A stretch of DNA of 64,000 nucleotides from Paragordius varius (GCA_964247055.1 OZ176053.1:2480001-2544000), one strand, 5' to 3'. Counted from the stretch's first letter, positions 1 through 13,304 are shown. The notes: generated by a model from the sequence alone, not told the origin. Translations and numbers: made by a program.

Positions 1-330
1 AAACCGTGAATACACAACGCTAATGCCAGCCCAATGATTAATTACATTATCGAAAAAACGACCGGAAGAAGACACAGCCATATGATTTTTCTACAGACAA
101 GCTCCGTATCAAACAGCAAAACTAGCAAAAACACCTCAAAATCTCTTCGATGAGATATTCTTGCGCACCCGCTATAACTAAAGACTGATTATCACACCTT
201 CATTATGGCACAACGCGCAAAGCAGTTTTGCAATAATTTTCCTTGGAAAATGGCATGACAAACGGGTTTTCGCAAAAATCATTGGGCGTAGATGCTGATG
301 GCAAAATTTGAATCAATTAAATAATTGATT
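1..330 (+). mobile_element. Possible heavily decayed LINE RT relic inside a MAP3K4 intron
   Basis: Higher GC than its surroundings; broken frames give LSHL and QTGFRKN, which resemble the pre-RT LSxxxK...QxGFR motifs. Weak. Confidence 0.3.
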
Positions 331-542
331 TCCTTAAAATTACATGAAACAGAGACCTATAACGTCACCCTATCAATTTTAAATATCTGTGCCAAAACCG
401 TTTTACTCAACATGTTTTTTTTAAAATAAGTGAAACCATAAATAAAAGGAGGCGCTCAAAAAAATAATTCGGAATCAAAACTTAAAACGGTTAAGTCTGA
501 TCCCTAGTGGATAGAGAGTATAATTATTAAAATCCAAATTAC

Positions 543-2345
543 CAAAACAAATTCCGTGTAATAATGACGAACCAAGAGGGACGCTTTAATCACTTCCTTA
601 CATTCTTTCATGAGTTGTTTGGCACTCAATACCGATACCTTAAGAGGTTTTTGTTCAAGCCTAATCCTTAACCATTGGTGGACAATTTCAATGGGTATTC
701 GAACGAGGAACAAATAGCAATTAACAAATGACACCAAGTTCATGGATAAAAATTCATTGCTATGGACACCGTATCGTTGGCAAACTAAATTATTGTGATG
801 CTTTGGTGCAGTTTGGGATGAAAGAGTGGTTGTTTCACTTTGACAACCATACTTAACATCTAGCATGGGTATAAAAGCATGGATAGAGGGGAAAATACAA
901 GTTTTTTGGGAGTTGCTTTCCTCAAGATAACTTTCATCAAGAGTTAGTGAACCAAGTTCCATGGAAGGGAGACATTGTGATTGTTTTGATCCACCAACAG
1001 AATTTGAGCAATAAAGATTGGAGGAAGGCGTTAGTGCAGAGGCAAGTTTCCTCAAAGGTAAATGCAATAAATTAATGAGTTGAAAAATTAGTTTTGCCAG
1101 TGTACCATCCCTAATGGCATTTTCAACGTAGGCCTTAAATAGGGTTTCGGACAAGGGGCGGTCAGATGTAAAATGGGCCGTATTAAAATCAACATTTTGA
1201 TCCCCGACATATGGGGAATCAAAGAGAGTGTTAAGATATGGCCAAACTTTTGGATTGGATATTTGAAAAATTTGACCTAAAGCATTTAGCTTATATGCAA
1301 TTATTCTATTCAAATTAACCCAAAGATTAAGAGTTTTTAGGCGAACGACAAATTTTTTGCTCTTGTATTTTGGGAAACGTGGTGAAATCCATTTATTATG
1401 TGGAAACAATGATTCAAATTTATAGATCGCTTCCAAAAATTCCAAAATTTTGACCTTATTCGAATGAATAGCTAAAAGATCAATGTGAATGGTTTGAAGG
1501 ATATTATGGAAACTTAAATCGAACATTTGGCTTCCTGGCATATGATGGAGACTATTAAAATCACACATTGGGCTCAATCGCAAATTACAACATTGGATAA
1601 TTATGGAAGAAAATTTAACTCTCAGCTGGCAGACATAATGATCCATTTGTGTTAAGGATCGGTCAAAAAACCATGCTTGTAATTCTAACCATATAATGTC
1701 CCAAACTTTATTTTTCCATGACTGTATGGCGATTGTTTGATTAGATACAGTAAAAGATTTGTTTGTTTTAACGGAATCAATAGAATTAATTAATTCTTTT
1801 AAAGAATTGTCTGGATCAGAATGTTGAATTAAGTGTTGTGAATCTTTAGGTTTGTATTTTGTAAATCGATTTTTCTCAACATGTGGGCGTCGTCTTAATG
1901 CTGATTGCCTTTCTTTGTCAAATATGTTTCCGCAAACTTCTTGTTTGCAAACGAATTTGGGAATTATGGGTGGCTCATAATGGTTGATTGGTACACTATC
2001 TAAACTTAAAAATGGTTTTTTATAAGTAATATAGCAATCTGGCCAAATCAAATCAATATCGTTTTCAAAATGTTTATCATCGTCTACGTAAAGTTTTAAG
2101 GTGGGCTTGCGTTTCTTCAATTTTTTATGCTTTGGGATTATGTTAAACGGCTCGTCTTTGCCAAATTCATCTAAAAGTGGTTTATAAGATATGATTTGTG
2201 GATTAATTTCGGTTTCAAAAATTTTATCAACCAACTTATTAGCAATTGTAGATGAATATATTGAAGCATTTTCAAAGAAAAGATTTAAATCGGTCGATGA
2301 CCAATTTACTAAATTTTCACAAAATTTCGCAAGCTGTGTATTCAT
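543..2345 (-). CDS. MAP3K4: MAP kinase kinase kinase 4 (MEKK4/Mekk1) N-terminal region; one large coding exon, gene continues beyond the left edge
   Basis: ORF 504..2360 contains IIWLELQAW, RLKTLNLWVNL, and FLVRIPIEIVHQWLRIRLEQKP...SAKQLMKECKEVIKASLLVRHYY, which I recognise as the MEKK4 N-terminal domain. Donor TTG|gtaatt puts the exon end at 543. The 5' end is either ATG 2345 or an acceptor (ctaat...tacacag|) with the exon starting at 2333. No kinase domain lies in the window. Confidence 0.88.
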
Positions 2346-2383
2346 AAGGTAATTAGCCACATGTTACGCTCCTTTTTAAATGA

Positions 2384-2876
2384 TTAACACTGGGATACAA
2401 CACACTCATTTTAGTCCTCAGATTCAAATTGGGGTAGTTAAATACCCCAGGCCTGTTAATAAATACTTTAAAAAAGTATGGAAAGAATCGAAACCATGGC
2501 AAAATTTTGCGCTTATATACATTAATAAACCGAAATATATAAAAAAATTTATTCAAAAATACTTGATATTATCAATTTAAGCTAAAACCGAAAGGTAAAA
2601 ATTTTGTCAACGTGCCATATTCTATTTCTATCAATGTTAGATGTAATTTATATGAAAAATTTGCTTTAGTTTTACCCTTAAAATTGTATGAAGACGATAT
2701 TTTGCAAAAATATAAAATAAAAATGGCGTCCAAGTAGTTTGACATGGACTTTTTTTCAAAACAAAATTTTATCATGATATTTTGACATATTTATATAATT
2801 ATCAGGATAGATGCATAAATTTAAATCGGGACCGTTTCCTTAAGTAGTTTTTTAAAAATATTAATTTAAGTGTTAA
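2384..2876 (+). mobile_element. MITE family A (piggyBac-like, TTAA-flanked), internally deleted near the right end
   Basis: TTAACACTGGGATACAACACAC...GGGGTAGTTAAATACCCC left end and AAGTGTTAA right end; the body matches 3296-3880. Confidence 0.8.
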
Positions 2877-3295
2877 GATAAGGCTTAATTTTTATTTTCG
2901 CCATTCTTGAATAAGTGTTAAAATAATTTTAGTTAGATTTTTTAGCTTTTGCGTCCTGCTCAAAATTTGTTTTAAAATTTTTGATTAATAAGAACTTGTA
3001 TTAGAGGGCTAAATTATATTAAAATTTATATTATTAACACATCAGTTTTTTCACTTTTTTGGCCTAGTTTACCTTTATGGATGTTTTATAGCACAATGCT
3101 TAATTTTATAAATAAACTACTATTATGAAAGTTAATTTAGTTAAAATTTAATTTTAAACCTTCATAAATAAAATAATAGCTGATGAAATCAAAATGCATC
3201 AAGCTTTTTTGGCAAAATTTAAGGTGCGATATTCTTAAAGTTAATTATTTACATTTTCTAAATCATTACATTTATTTGCTCTTGCATTAAGGATA

Positions 3296-3880
3296 TTAAC
3301 ACTTGGATACAACACACTCATTTTAGTCCTTCGATTCAAATTGGGGTAGTTGGATACCCCAGGCCTGTTTAAAGTTAAATAATTTACAAATTATGCAAGG
3401 AATCGAAACCATGGCCAAAATTTTGGATTTATATAACATTAATAAACCGAAATATATAAAAAAAGTTATTCAAAAATAGTTGATATTACTTATTTTGAGT
3501 TAAAACCGAAAGGTAAAAATTTCGTCACCGTGACATGTGTTAAATTTTAAAATTAAAAAATATTACAAAATAAACCACCTTTTCTATTTCTATCAATGTT
3601 ATATGAAATTTATATAAAAAATTAGCTTTAGTTTTACCCTAAAAATTATATGAAACCGATATTTTGCAAAAAAAATTTAAAATAAATATGGCGTCGAAGT
3701 AGTTTGAGATGGAACTTTTTTTTCAAAACAAAATTTTATCAAGATATTTTGGCATATTTATATAATATTTATCAGGTTAAAGGCATAAATTTAAATTGGG
3801 ACCGTTTCCTTCAGTAGTTATTTAAAAATTTAAATTTAGCCTGGGGTATTTAGATACCCCAATTTGAATCGAAGTGTTAA
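3296..3880 (+). mobile_element. MITE family A, most complete copy (585 bp including both TTAA)
   Basis: TTAA-CACTT termini at both ends; the subterminal inverted repeat CGATTCAAATTGGGGTA-N6-TACCCCAGGC is present at both ends. Confidence 0.88.
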
Positions 3881-6800
3881 AAATATTTAACCAATGGCGG
3901 CAAAAGTTTGGTGAGGTTTTTTATTTTAAAAATTTCAAAAAAATGTGTAGTGCGCCTAAAAGATAAAGAAAGTATATCTTCAAATTTGGTATCATAATTA
4001 TATTAAAAAGGTAAGGGAATCATCAAAATTAATATGATTTTAGTATCTCAATGAATCTGCTAAATTGATAGAATTAACAGTATTCCTAATATGGCGTTTA
4101 AAATTAAAGGGTATTAAAAAATAGCTTATGAAATATATGTATTCTTATAAGAAAATGTATCAGGAAGCTCTTACGAGTATTTAAAAAATTACTTAAACTT
4201 TTGTGGTAAGTACTCCATATGGCAAGATTTGCTAATATTTTTTTATATAACTTTTTGGGTGAAAGCTAGAGGCTTCATTCCAAAAACTATCACTTAAACT
4301 ACATTTATAAAAACAATATTTTCAAGTAAAATGTTTTTATAAGTGGGCTCCAACAGTCCGCTTAAATGGGCTAGTCTATTAAAATAAAAGCAGTAATGCT
4401 GGGATTATGCGAAATTCAAATATATACTTAATTATGATATAAACTAATATATTTTGAAAAAAGCAAAATTTTTTCAAATCAGTTTGCAAAATTTTGTTAA
4501 GCCTACTTTTAACTAATTTGAGTCATGATACAAGCGATTTAATTCATTTTGACATATAAAATCACTCTTTCTATATATTTCGTTATGCTGAAAAATCCTA
4601 TCACATCAGAGTTTTGATTAAAATATTCGTTCATCTTCAAATTTATGTTAGATCAATATTGTGTTTTTTTTCAAAAAAACCTAAATTTCTAAGCCAACTA
4701 ATTAAATTAATTTTAGCAGCAAAATCTCAGAAAAATGCATGAGGATTAGGTGGTGTTTTGATTCTACAAGTGATATAAGAAAGTACAGTTTTGTGCTAAC
4801 AAATTCATATCTGAAAATTGCAAAATTTTCTAACATTTAAATATCTTGAGGGGTATACTTCATCCAAAAAACGTCACCAATTAATAAAAACTACATATAA
4901 AAATCAATATTTTATACATTAAATTTTGGATAGGCGCCCTGAGATCTCAAGTTATCGGACCGGTCCAAAATAAGCTATGATTCATTTAAATAAAGGCGAA
5001 AGGGAGATTGCATGATAAAATTTTTTTAATGATATGGTGAATTATATGCTTAAAAGTAATTAGTGAAACGAGTTTATGGTATTTTGAAGCATATTGGAAA
5101 CGGTATGAACATTTTTTATTATACAGATAATTGTTATAGTTTAATGATACTGAACATATTGATTACCAAAAATTTAAGTTTAAAACTCATTTGCTTTTAA
5201 AATTGGTAAATTTAAAAGAATTAATTTATTGATATAATTTTAAGACAAGCGAATATTTAAATTAAATTTCTGAAATTATAGAAATATTCAGCATTAACGG
5301 ATATAAGTGTTTCTATAACTCCTTAAATATTTATAAAATTCCCATCATGCTTCAAAATAGTAAGAAGTAGGCTTTAACAAAAATTTGTTACAAATTAAAC
5401 TTTTAAACAAAGTATGCAATTTTTCAAGTTTTGATGACATAATATAGCACAGTGGTTTCTAAACCTTTTTTTGTTCACGCTCCATTTAAATAAATAAATG
5501 ATTGTTCCTTCAATTTTTTACTAGATATTTTTAATTGCCCTAGGAGAATCCAGTTTTACATTTATATTTGGGCCAATGGGTATTAAAATTTGTAAGGAAA
5601 TTTGAGATAGTTTTTAATAACAGGTTATGCGCTTTTATCAAAAAATTCTCGATATTAAGATTAATAAAGTGATAGTTGAAATATATTTATACCTCCTGTA
5701 TTTCTGTCGGTATTTAATTTTATTTACGTTTGACAAAGATTACTGCAGTAATCGAAAATTTCCCCCAATAAATTCATTTAATTTTAGCTGAATTATAATT
5801 TAAATTAATTTTTATTTTATTTGTCCGATTTAATAATTAATGTATTATTTAATATGATGGACAGGTCGAAATAAAGGTCGGAAACTAAATTCATTATTTT
5901 TCGCTCTTGAAATCCATAAACGCAGTTTTTCAAACGTTCGATTCTGCACAATTAAAATATTATAATTACTTGCAATTTTAAATCTAAACTTGCCTTAATC
6001 CAAAAAAATAAAACTTCATTCTTCAATAGATCAGTGCTACTCACCAAAATGTTTTGACGGGCCGATGAAAATGATTTTTTTTAGTTTCACGACAAACAAT
6101 TCATAGCTTCCTGTGCGGGTACCAATAAAATCGGAACATCTAAATTGTTGCGGGTATAGATATTTGGATAAAATCTTTTACAAAATGGACTGTTTTAATT
6201 TTATCTAATATTTTATGACAAGATGTTATAGGCCAATCTAACGTCCTATGCCTTTGTCTTTTAACCTTTTTTAAAATATGCTGCTGAAATGTAAGTTCAA
6301 ATAAAACAGAACTTTATATTACATATTTTGATATTATTTGGCACATCTTGCCAAAACTCAATATACCCTTATCATTTGCAATATCTTCCAAATATCTCCT
6401 CTTAACTAGAATCATCGATGAAATGATGAAATGATGCGTATAATCAAAACCGCAGCATATATTTTAATAATAAAAGCAGAAATTCTCCTCATAAATTAAA
6501 ACTCTATAATTTAGAAATTACCAAATCAAACGGATTTTTAAATGCGGAAAAATAAATATTGCGTGCGCTTAAAATTTTGAAAAATATTTCTAAGCAACCT
6601 AAAAATAATTTCAATTCATAGCCTAAAAACCACTTTTAAGACCGCGGTTTGAATATAGATAGAGGCCGTAACATATTCCCCTTAGAGAGCGACCTTACAT
6701 TAGTGTGAAAAAACAACTGCAGATGATTGGCCGATCATGTTTTGCATAAGCATTTTTGAATAATCTGGTATTACGAGCGCTAATTTTAATATAAGTACAT

Positions 6801-7651
6801 TCTAGACCAGGGGAGTCTAACACAAATGGCTTGGGCCGCATTTTTGTATCAAAAAATCAGGCGGGCCAAATTCTAAAAATTGGGAATTAACAGTTTTATT
6901 AGATTTTAAACATGCGACTGTAAAATTTACTATTTATTTTATCATTATTGCTAGTTCGTTGCCGAAATTCGGAAAAAAACATTCAGAAACGTTTATCAAT
7001 ATTAATTAGATTCCGTAAAATTTTGTATTTGAAATTTCTCGCGTTCTGCAAAAATATTTGGAATGGACGCGTGTTGAACACCCTTTCTCTAGTTTAAAAA
7101 AAGTATGATAGATATTTTGCCACAAGCAGCTAAAGGTTGTCTGTTGCACAAAACAATGTGTTCTTATGATTGATGCATTCTTTTTCGTGAAAATCAAAAA
7201 ACCGGATCATGCACCAATCCATCTGTGGAGCACCATCGGTCAAAAGCCGTTTATTTTATCGCAAGATAAATAATTAACTTGTAAAAATTGTCAACAAAGC
7301 GAAGACATCAACAGATTTAAAAGTTGCCAATAATTCTTCTAAAAATAAAAAATCTCCGAATGAACCAGTAAAAACAAATTAGATGAAATGCGTTTCAATG
7401 AACAATACAAGAATGAATATTTATATTTTTAATCCATATATTTATAAAAATGAAAAGTTGTGGCTTTGTGATCTGTTTCCGGAAAACCGGTGGACCCATT
7501 CGAATCCAAACATCGAAAAAATATAATAATATAATATAAAGCAATTATCAAATAATAGTAAACACTATTTTAATTAACATATATTTAGAGTAGTTTCTCC
7601 AGATTTTTCGCGCGTCACCCTTAGATGATTTTTCGGAGCTACTGACTTTAA

Positions 7652-8276
7652 TATATACCATTTTCAAGAGTGTCCTTGAACACTTCAAGTTGGTCCTAGA
7701 ACATTTCAAGTTGGTCCTTGAACAGTACAAGTTGGTCCTTAAACATTTAAAGTTGGTCCTTTGACATTTTTGTTTTAACTTTTATTTATCAAATCGTACA
7801 TAATACATCTATTTTATTGTTTTAAACCTATTTTCTATTATTTAACATTTAAATCGATATCAACTTTTAATCTTTGAGAAACCGTATATCATTTAAAATA
7901 ATTTTGGATATTTATTTTTAACACGAAATGAAAAAATATATAAGTTTTCTTGGTTATTAATTAAAATTTTTCATTAAAAACATTTAAAATTCAATAATTT
8001 TGTTCAATTGAAAAAAATTAGTTTGAAACAAAAAATTGGTTTTTAAATTAAAATTTTTAAATGAATAAATATATAATAAATAAAGAAAATTAGGTTAATA
8101 AATAATAAAATAAATGCAAATATGGTTAAATCAAAATTTATAAATTTTAAGGACCAACTTGAAATGCTCAAGGACCAACTTGAAATGGGACAACTTGAAC
8201 TGTCAAGGACCAACTTGAATTGGTCAAGGACCAACTTGAAGTGTTCAAGGACACTCTTGGAGTGCAAATAATATAT
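7652..8276. mobile_element. MITE family B2: ATATACCATTT terminus with inverted arrays of a 21-bp repeat (CAAGTTGGTCCTTGAACATTT)
   Basis: About 5 units at 7670-7770 and the inverted array at about 8147-8260; the left terminus is identical to that of family B1. Confidence 0.75.
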
Positions 8277-9602
8277 TAAAAAATTTATCGTAAAATCTCG
8301 GCATTTTTTGTTTCAAACTAGCCCATTTTAGGAGGACGAAAAAATTTAGGATTTTACGGACTCGTATCAAGCAATTAGCACAAAGTGCTATATCCGCCCA
8401 ACCCACGATGACAGATTGTGTTAGACCCTCGATTTCAAACGCAGTGTAAGAGAGCGAAAAAATTAAATTTTAATCCAAGACTCTGAAATACAAAAGTACC
8501 CTAAAAATTTAAACCATAAAATACGAGACATTGTTCATTCCCTAAGATGATGCAACTTTAGCTAAATCAGGGGTAGTCAAACGGTCGATTTTGTGACCGC
8601 AAGATTTTTAAACGGTTTATATAACAGAAAAGTGTTTATTCGTAGTATTTAATATAGCTAATGCACACATGTCATGTTGACTAAATTACCATTGACTGAG
8701 ACGCGTAAAAGCGTAAGAAGGCGGTAAGGGTCGTATTGTGAAGGTAAGGAGCAAGCCTATCACATTCTTTTTTAAAAACTTGAATTTCACCTTAAAAAAG
8801 TAATATCTAATATTTTTGAATGATCTTTTTATATTTCGGTTCATTAATGTTATATACGTCCAAACTCTTGCCTTTCATATTTTTTGTATTTGTCAATTTT
8901 AAACAGATATGAAATATCCAACGACCACTATTCGAATCAAAGGACTGAAATGAATGACTTGTACCCAAATGTTAATGTATCTATTAATCATATGTATTTT
9001 ATTCATTAATTCATTTGTGATATTTAGAAAATAGTTTAAATTTTGGTATGGTTGAAAATCAGCCAGAAAAATACTAAAATATATGTTATAAAAATGAATG
9101 GGAAAATTATAATCTTTATAATGGATAATAAATGTACTTGATTGATATGCAACTCCACCTCTTTGCTTAAAAAATGTCTAAACTAAGTCATTTACTACGC
9201 TTAAAATGAACTACTAATACAATTCTGATATTCTCAAATCAAAAATCGAGCTTTTTAAATAGCAACTAAATTCTCAGAAAAACTGCACTGTAAAATATAG
9301 TATGGAGTAATCCACAAAATCTGTTAAATTATAAAGATCTTTGCCAAGAGTTACAATTCTATTTTTTACTTCAATCATCTAAAATTCGTCACAAGATACA
9401 TAGTATATTATCTATTGTAATTTTATTATATTGAATAATTTAAATGTTTTAATGCGTGTTCTGTATCAACAATATTTATGTATTTTAAAAAAATTAAGAT
9501 TATATATATTTGTAATATTGATTTTAAATTGGCTTAGGGTGATGCCAATCCGTAAATATATAAATTGCATAATTTGCGTTGAAGTGATAAATAATTTTTT
9601 AC

Positions 9603-10060
9603 TTAACACTTCGATTCGAATTGGGGTATCTAAATACCCCAGACTAAATTTAAATTTTTAAAAAACTACTGAAGAAAACGGTCCCAATTTAAATTTATGC
9701 TTCTATCCTGAAATATATAAATATGCCAAAATATTTTGATAAAATTTGGTTTTGAAAAAAAAGTTCCATCTCAAACTACTTCGACGCCATTTTTATTTTA
9801 CAAAAATTTGTAAAATATCGTCTCCATTTAATTTTAAGGGTAAAACTAAAGCTTATTTTTTATATAAATTACATCCAACATTGATAGAAATAGAAAAAGC
9901 GGTTTTTTTTGTATTATTAATTTTGCAATTTGACATATGTCACGTTGACTAAATTTTAACCTTTCAGTTTTAGCTCAAAATAAGTAACAAGTATTTTTGA
10001 ATAAAATATTTTATATATTTCGATTTATTAATGTTATATAAGTGCAATGCCATGGTTTCG
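9603..10060 (-). mobile_element. MITE family A, reverse copy broken by the 1.9-kb palindrome; its remaining terminus is at about 12248-12270
   Basis: TTAACACTTCGATTCGAATTGGGGTATCTAAATACCCC at 9603; GTGTGTTGTATCCAAGTGTTAA at 12249-12270. Confidence 0.78.
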
Positions 10061-11990
10061 TTTATAGGTTTGAGTAATGTTGCTTCAATCTTTTGGCATT
10101 ACAATGGGTTTACACAACCCCTGTTAAAAAATAGAAAATTCCTAAAACATGCATACAAAATCAAAAGTTTTTTAGAAGTAGGTATGCATTTTATCCAACT
10201 ATATTTTTTAGATTTATTTGAGTCATGGAAAACGAAATATTTGCATACTTTGTGAAATAAAAAATCTATCCAGTTTTTCAAATTCTTTAAATTGGAGGAT
10301 AAAAATGATGTATATATAACAAATTAGAATAATCGCATACACATCTTAGTGAACTAAGCTCTTGAATTATCTACATGTAACACCCAAAGCTTTTTAGAAG
10401 GTGTGCAATTGATTTAACCATATTTTTTAGATTTCGATGTCATGCGATCGAATTATCTGCGTACTTTTTGCATTTTGAGGATGAAGCATTGAAGAATCTA
10501 CTTATTTTATTGGATTTCATAAAATTTTTATTATTTGATATATAAAATTGTATATTTATGTTTATTGTCAATAAATATATGATAAATTTACTTTAGTTGC
10601 AAGCGTCTATAAATCATTTTAATCCACAGTGCACAAAATCGGAGGCTATAAAAAAAATTATGATCAATCTAATGTAAAGTATATTAGGAGTATCATGGTG
10701 CTTGGTTTTAGGTCTAACGAATAATTTAGAGTTATATTCAATTTTGTGGTATTTGTACCTTATCGAAAGGTTGCAAATTAGGCAAACTTATTTGGAGTCT
10801 ACGCTCAAAATTCTAAACTTCATTTTGGTTTTCAAATATAGTTTATATTTAAATGATATTATTAAAGGAAATCAAACTTTGACCAAAAAAACCCCTAAAT
10901 ATTTCCCCAAATTTAAAGCAATAGCTAATCAAAATTTTGAGAAATGTTAAACATCATGAAATTATATATAAAAAATGTTTTTGTGATATCTTAAAGCACC
11001 ATAAAATACGATTACCAAAATTTTTAAAAAATCTATTATATTGTCAAATTCTAAATATGAAAAATATTATCGCGCATCGGCTTTTTTAAAAAACTGGCCC
11101 ATTTTAGAGAAGTCGAAAAAGTTAAGTTGTGGCCTACGCTTAAAATTTTAAATTTTATTTTTGTTTTCGAATATAGTTCATATCATAATATAATGGTATT
11201 TTTAAAGGGAAGCATTTAGCTTTCACCAAAAAAATTTTTAAATTTGTATAATTTGCAACCTTTCGATAAGGAACAAATACCACAAAATTGGATATAACTC
11301 TAAATTATTCGTTAGACCTAAAACCAAGCACCATGATATTCCTAATATACTTTATATTTGATTGATCATAATTTTTTTATAGCCTCCGATTTTGTGCATT
11401 GTAAATTAAAATGATTTATAGACGCTTGCAATTAAAGTAAATTTATCATATATTTATTGACAATAAACATAAATATACAATTTTATATATCAAATAGTAA
11501 AAATTTTATGAAATCCAATAAAATAAGTAGATTCTTCAATGCTTCATCCTCAAAATGCAAAAAGTACGCAGATAATTCGATCGCATGACATCGAAATCTA
11601 AAAAATATGGTTAAATCAATTGCACACCTTCTAAAAAGCTTTGGGTGTTACATGTATGTTCCAGATATATCAAGAGCTTAGTTCAAGATGTGTATGCGAT
11701 TATTCAATTTCTAAAACCTATAAATAATTTGTTATATATACATCATTTTTATCCTCCAATTTAAAGAATTTGAAAAACTGGATAGATTTTTTATTTCACA
11801 AAGTATGCAAATATTTCGTTTTCCATGACTCAAATAAATCAAAAAAATATAGTTGGATAAAATGCATACCTACTTCTAAAAAACTTTTGATTTTGTATGC
11901 ATGTTTTAGGAATTTTCTATTTTTTAACAGGGGTTGTGTAAACCCATTGTAATGCCAAAAGATTGAAGCAACATTACTCAAACCTATAAA
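10061..11990. repeat. Large inverted repeat: arms 10061-10780 and 11249-11990, spacer about 470 bp
   Basis: The arms are reverse complements over more than 700 bp with few differences. The ORF track gives identical 60-aa peptides at 10099..10281(-) and 11770..11952(+). Confidence 0.93.
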
Positions 11991-12136
11991 TTATTTGTTA
12001 AATATACTTTACTTTCCCTCCTTCAATTTACAGAATCAAAAAATTCACAATATTTTTAAAGTTATGCCACTTTGAAATTTTAATAAGTCTACTAGGAGCA
12101 GACTTATGATGAATGTATTATTTTTATTCAAAAATG

Positions 12137-12220
12137 TAAGCATAAGGATTTAAGCATAAGGACGTAAGTATAAGGATTTAAGCATAAGGACGTAAGCATA
12201 AGGATTTAAGCATAAGGACG
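12137..12220. repeat. Tandem repeat, 6 x 14 bp (TAAGCATAAGGA + TT or CG)
   Basis: Read directly; the units alternate strictly TT, CG, TT, CG, TT, CG. Confidence 0.95.
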
Positions 12221-13304
12221 CAAGTAATACTTACCCGAACATGGGTCAGTGTGTTGTATCCAAGTGTTAATATTCATATGTGCCCGTACGAAATTTTCTC
12301 CGAAAAAAGTAATTCGCAGGAAAAGTGGTTACACCAGCACATAAATATTTTTACCAAATTTTATATCATTAGGCTGCCACACCTTCTTTAGAGAATAAAC
12401 CAGTATCACTCACTAAAAATTTTAAAGGCTAGCAAAAAAATTTCACACCTCCATAAGACACTTACTTTTTTACGCAAAATATATGGATATCTTTTTATAA
12501 CTATACAAAGCCACACAAGATAATTGTGGTCGCGACTAAGTACCATGAGAACCAACTCAAAAACTTTTAAAATACCTTTACCGACATAAAAAATACTTAA
12601 ATATTGTGATTATACTAAAAAAATAGATAGCCTTATATTTTCGGGTACTTTACATTGAAATTAAAGTCACACCGAGTTAACCGTAAAAATTTTATATTGT
12701 GCTAAAAAACATATAATAAATGGATAATTTATTGATAAATAGATATAATATAAAAAATTATCATGCAAATGCCAATACCACATACCTAAAAAAATAAAAT
12801 ATATTTAGTAATGATATAAATATATAAAAATCAGGGTAACTATGACAATACTCATTATTTTCATATTAAAATATTTCATCATTTTTAATTAAATAATACC
12901 TAAAATGTCCGGAATAAAATAATATTAAGTCAGAATAGTACGTTCATCATGTTCAGACCGCCCGTACAATTTTCATCACAAAGTAAAAATGTGTTTCGTT
13001 TGTTTATTCAATTTTTAATTCAAAAAATATACTTCTATCCAGGCTCAAGGATACTTTTTAAATTTGTGTGAATATTATTTAAATTAAAATAAAATTTTAC
13101 AGTTTCCACATAATAATTGGTTATTAAATTTTTATTTTCTAATGTCACTTTGATTCTTTTGATTAAGGCCTTACTAGATATTAACAAACAATTCAGAGTT
13201 TATATAAATTGAAAAATTTGTTCACAAATTCCTTGGTAGGGGGCAAAATATTGATTTTATAAAATAATAATAGTTCATTACATTTTTTTGAGGCACATTC
13301 TAGC

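Noticed and set aside
2353-2775. Short ORFs over family A MITEs (also 9431, 9746, 13433, 13735, 46227)
   Set aside because: Chance frames in non-autonomous elements of about 580 bp; no transposase motifs.
7200-7420. DHAPI resembling the APE endonuclease SDHxP motif of a LINE
   Set aside because: A single short motif with no other endonuclease or RT motifs in order; could be chance.
10031-11981. Paired 60-82 aa ORFs (10031, 10099, 10702, 11770, 11796)
   Set aside because: Mirror products of the palindrome arms with AT-driven F/L/K/I composition; no splice or homology support.
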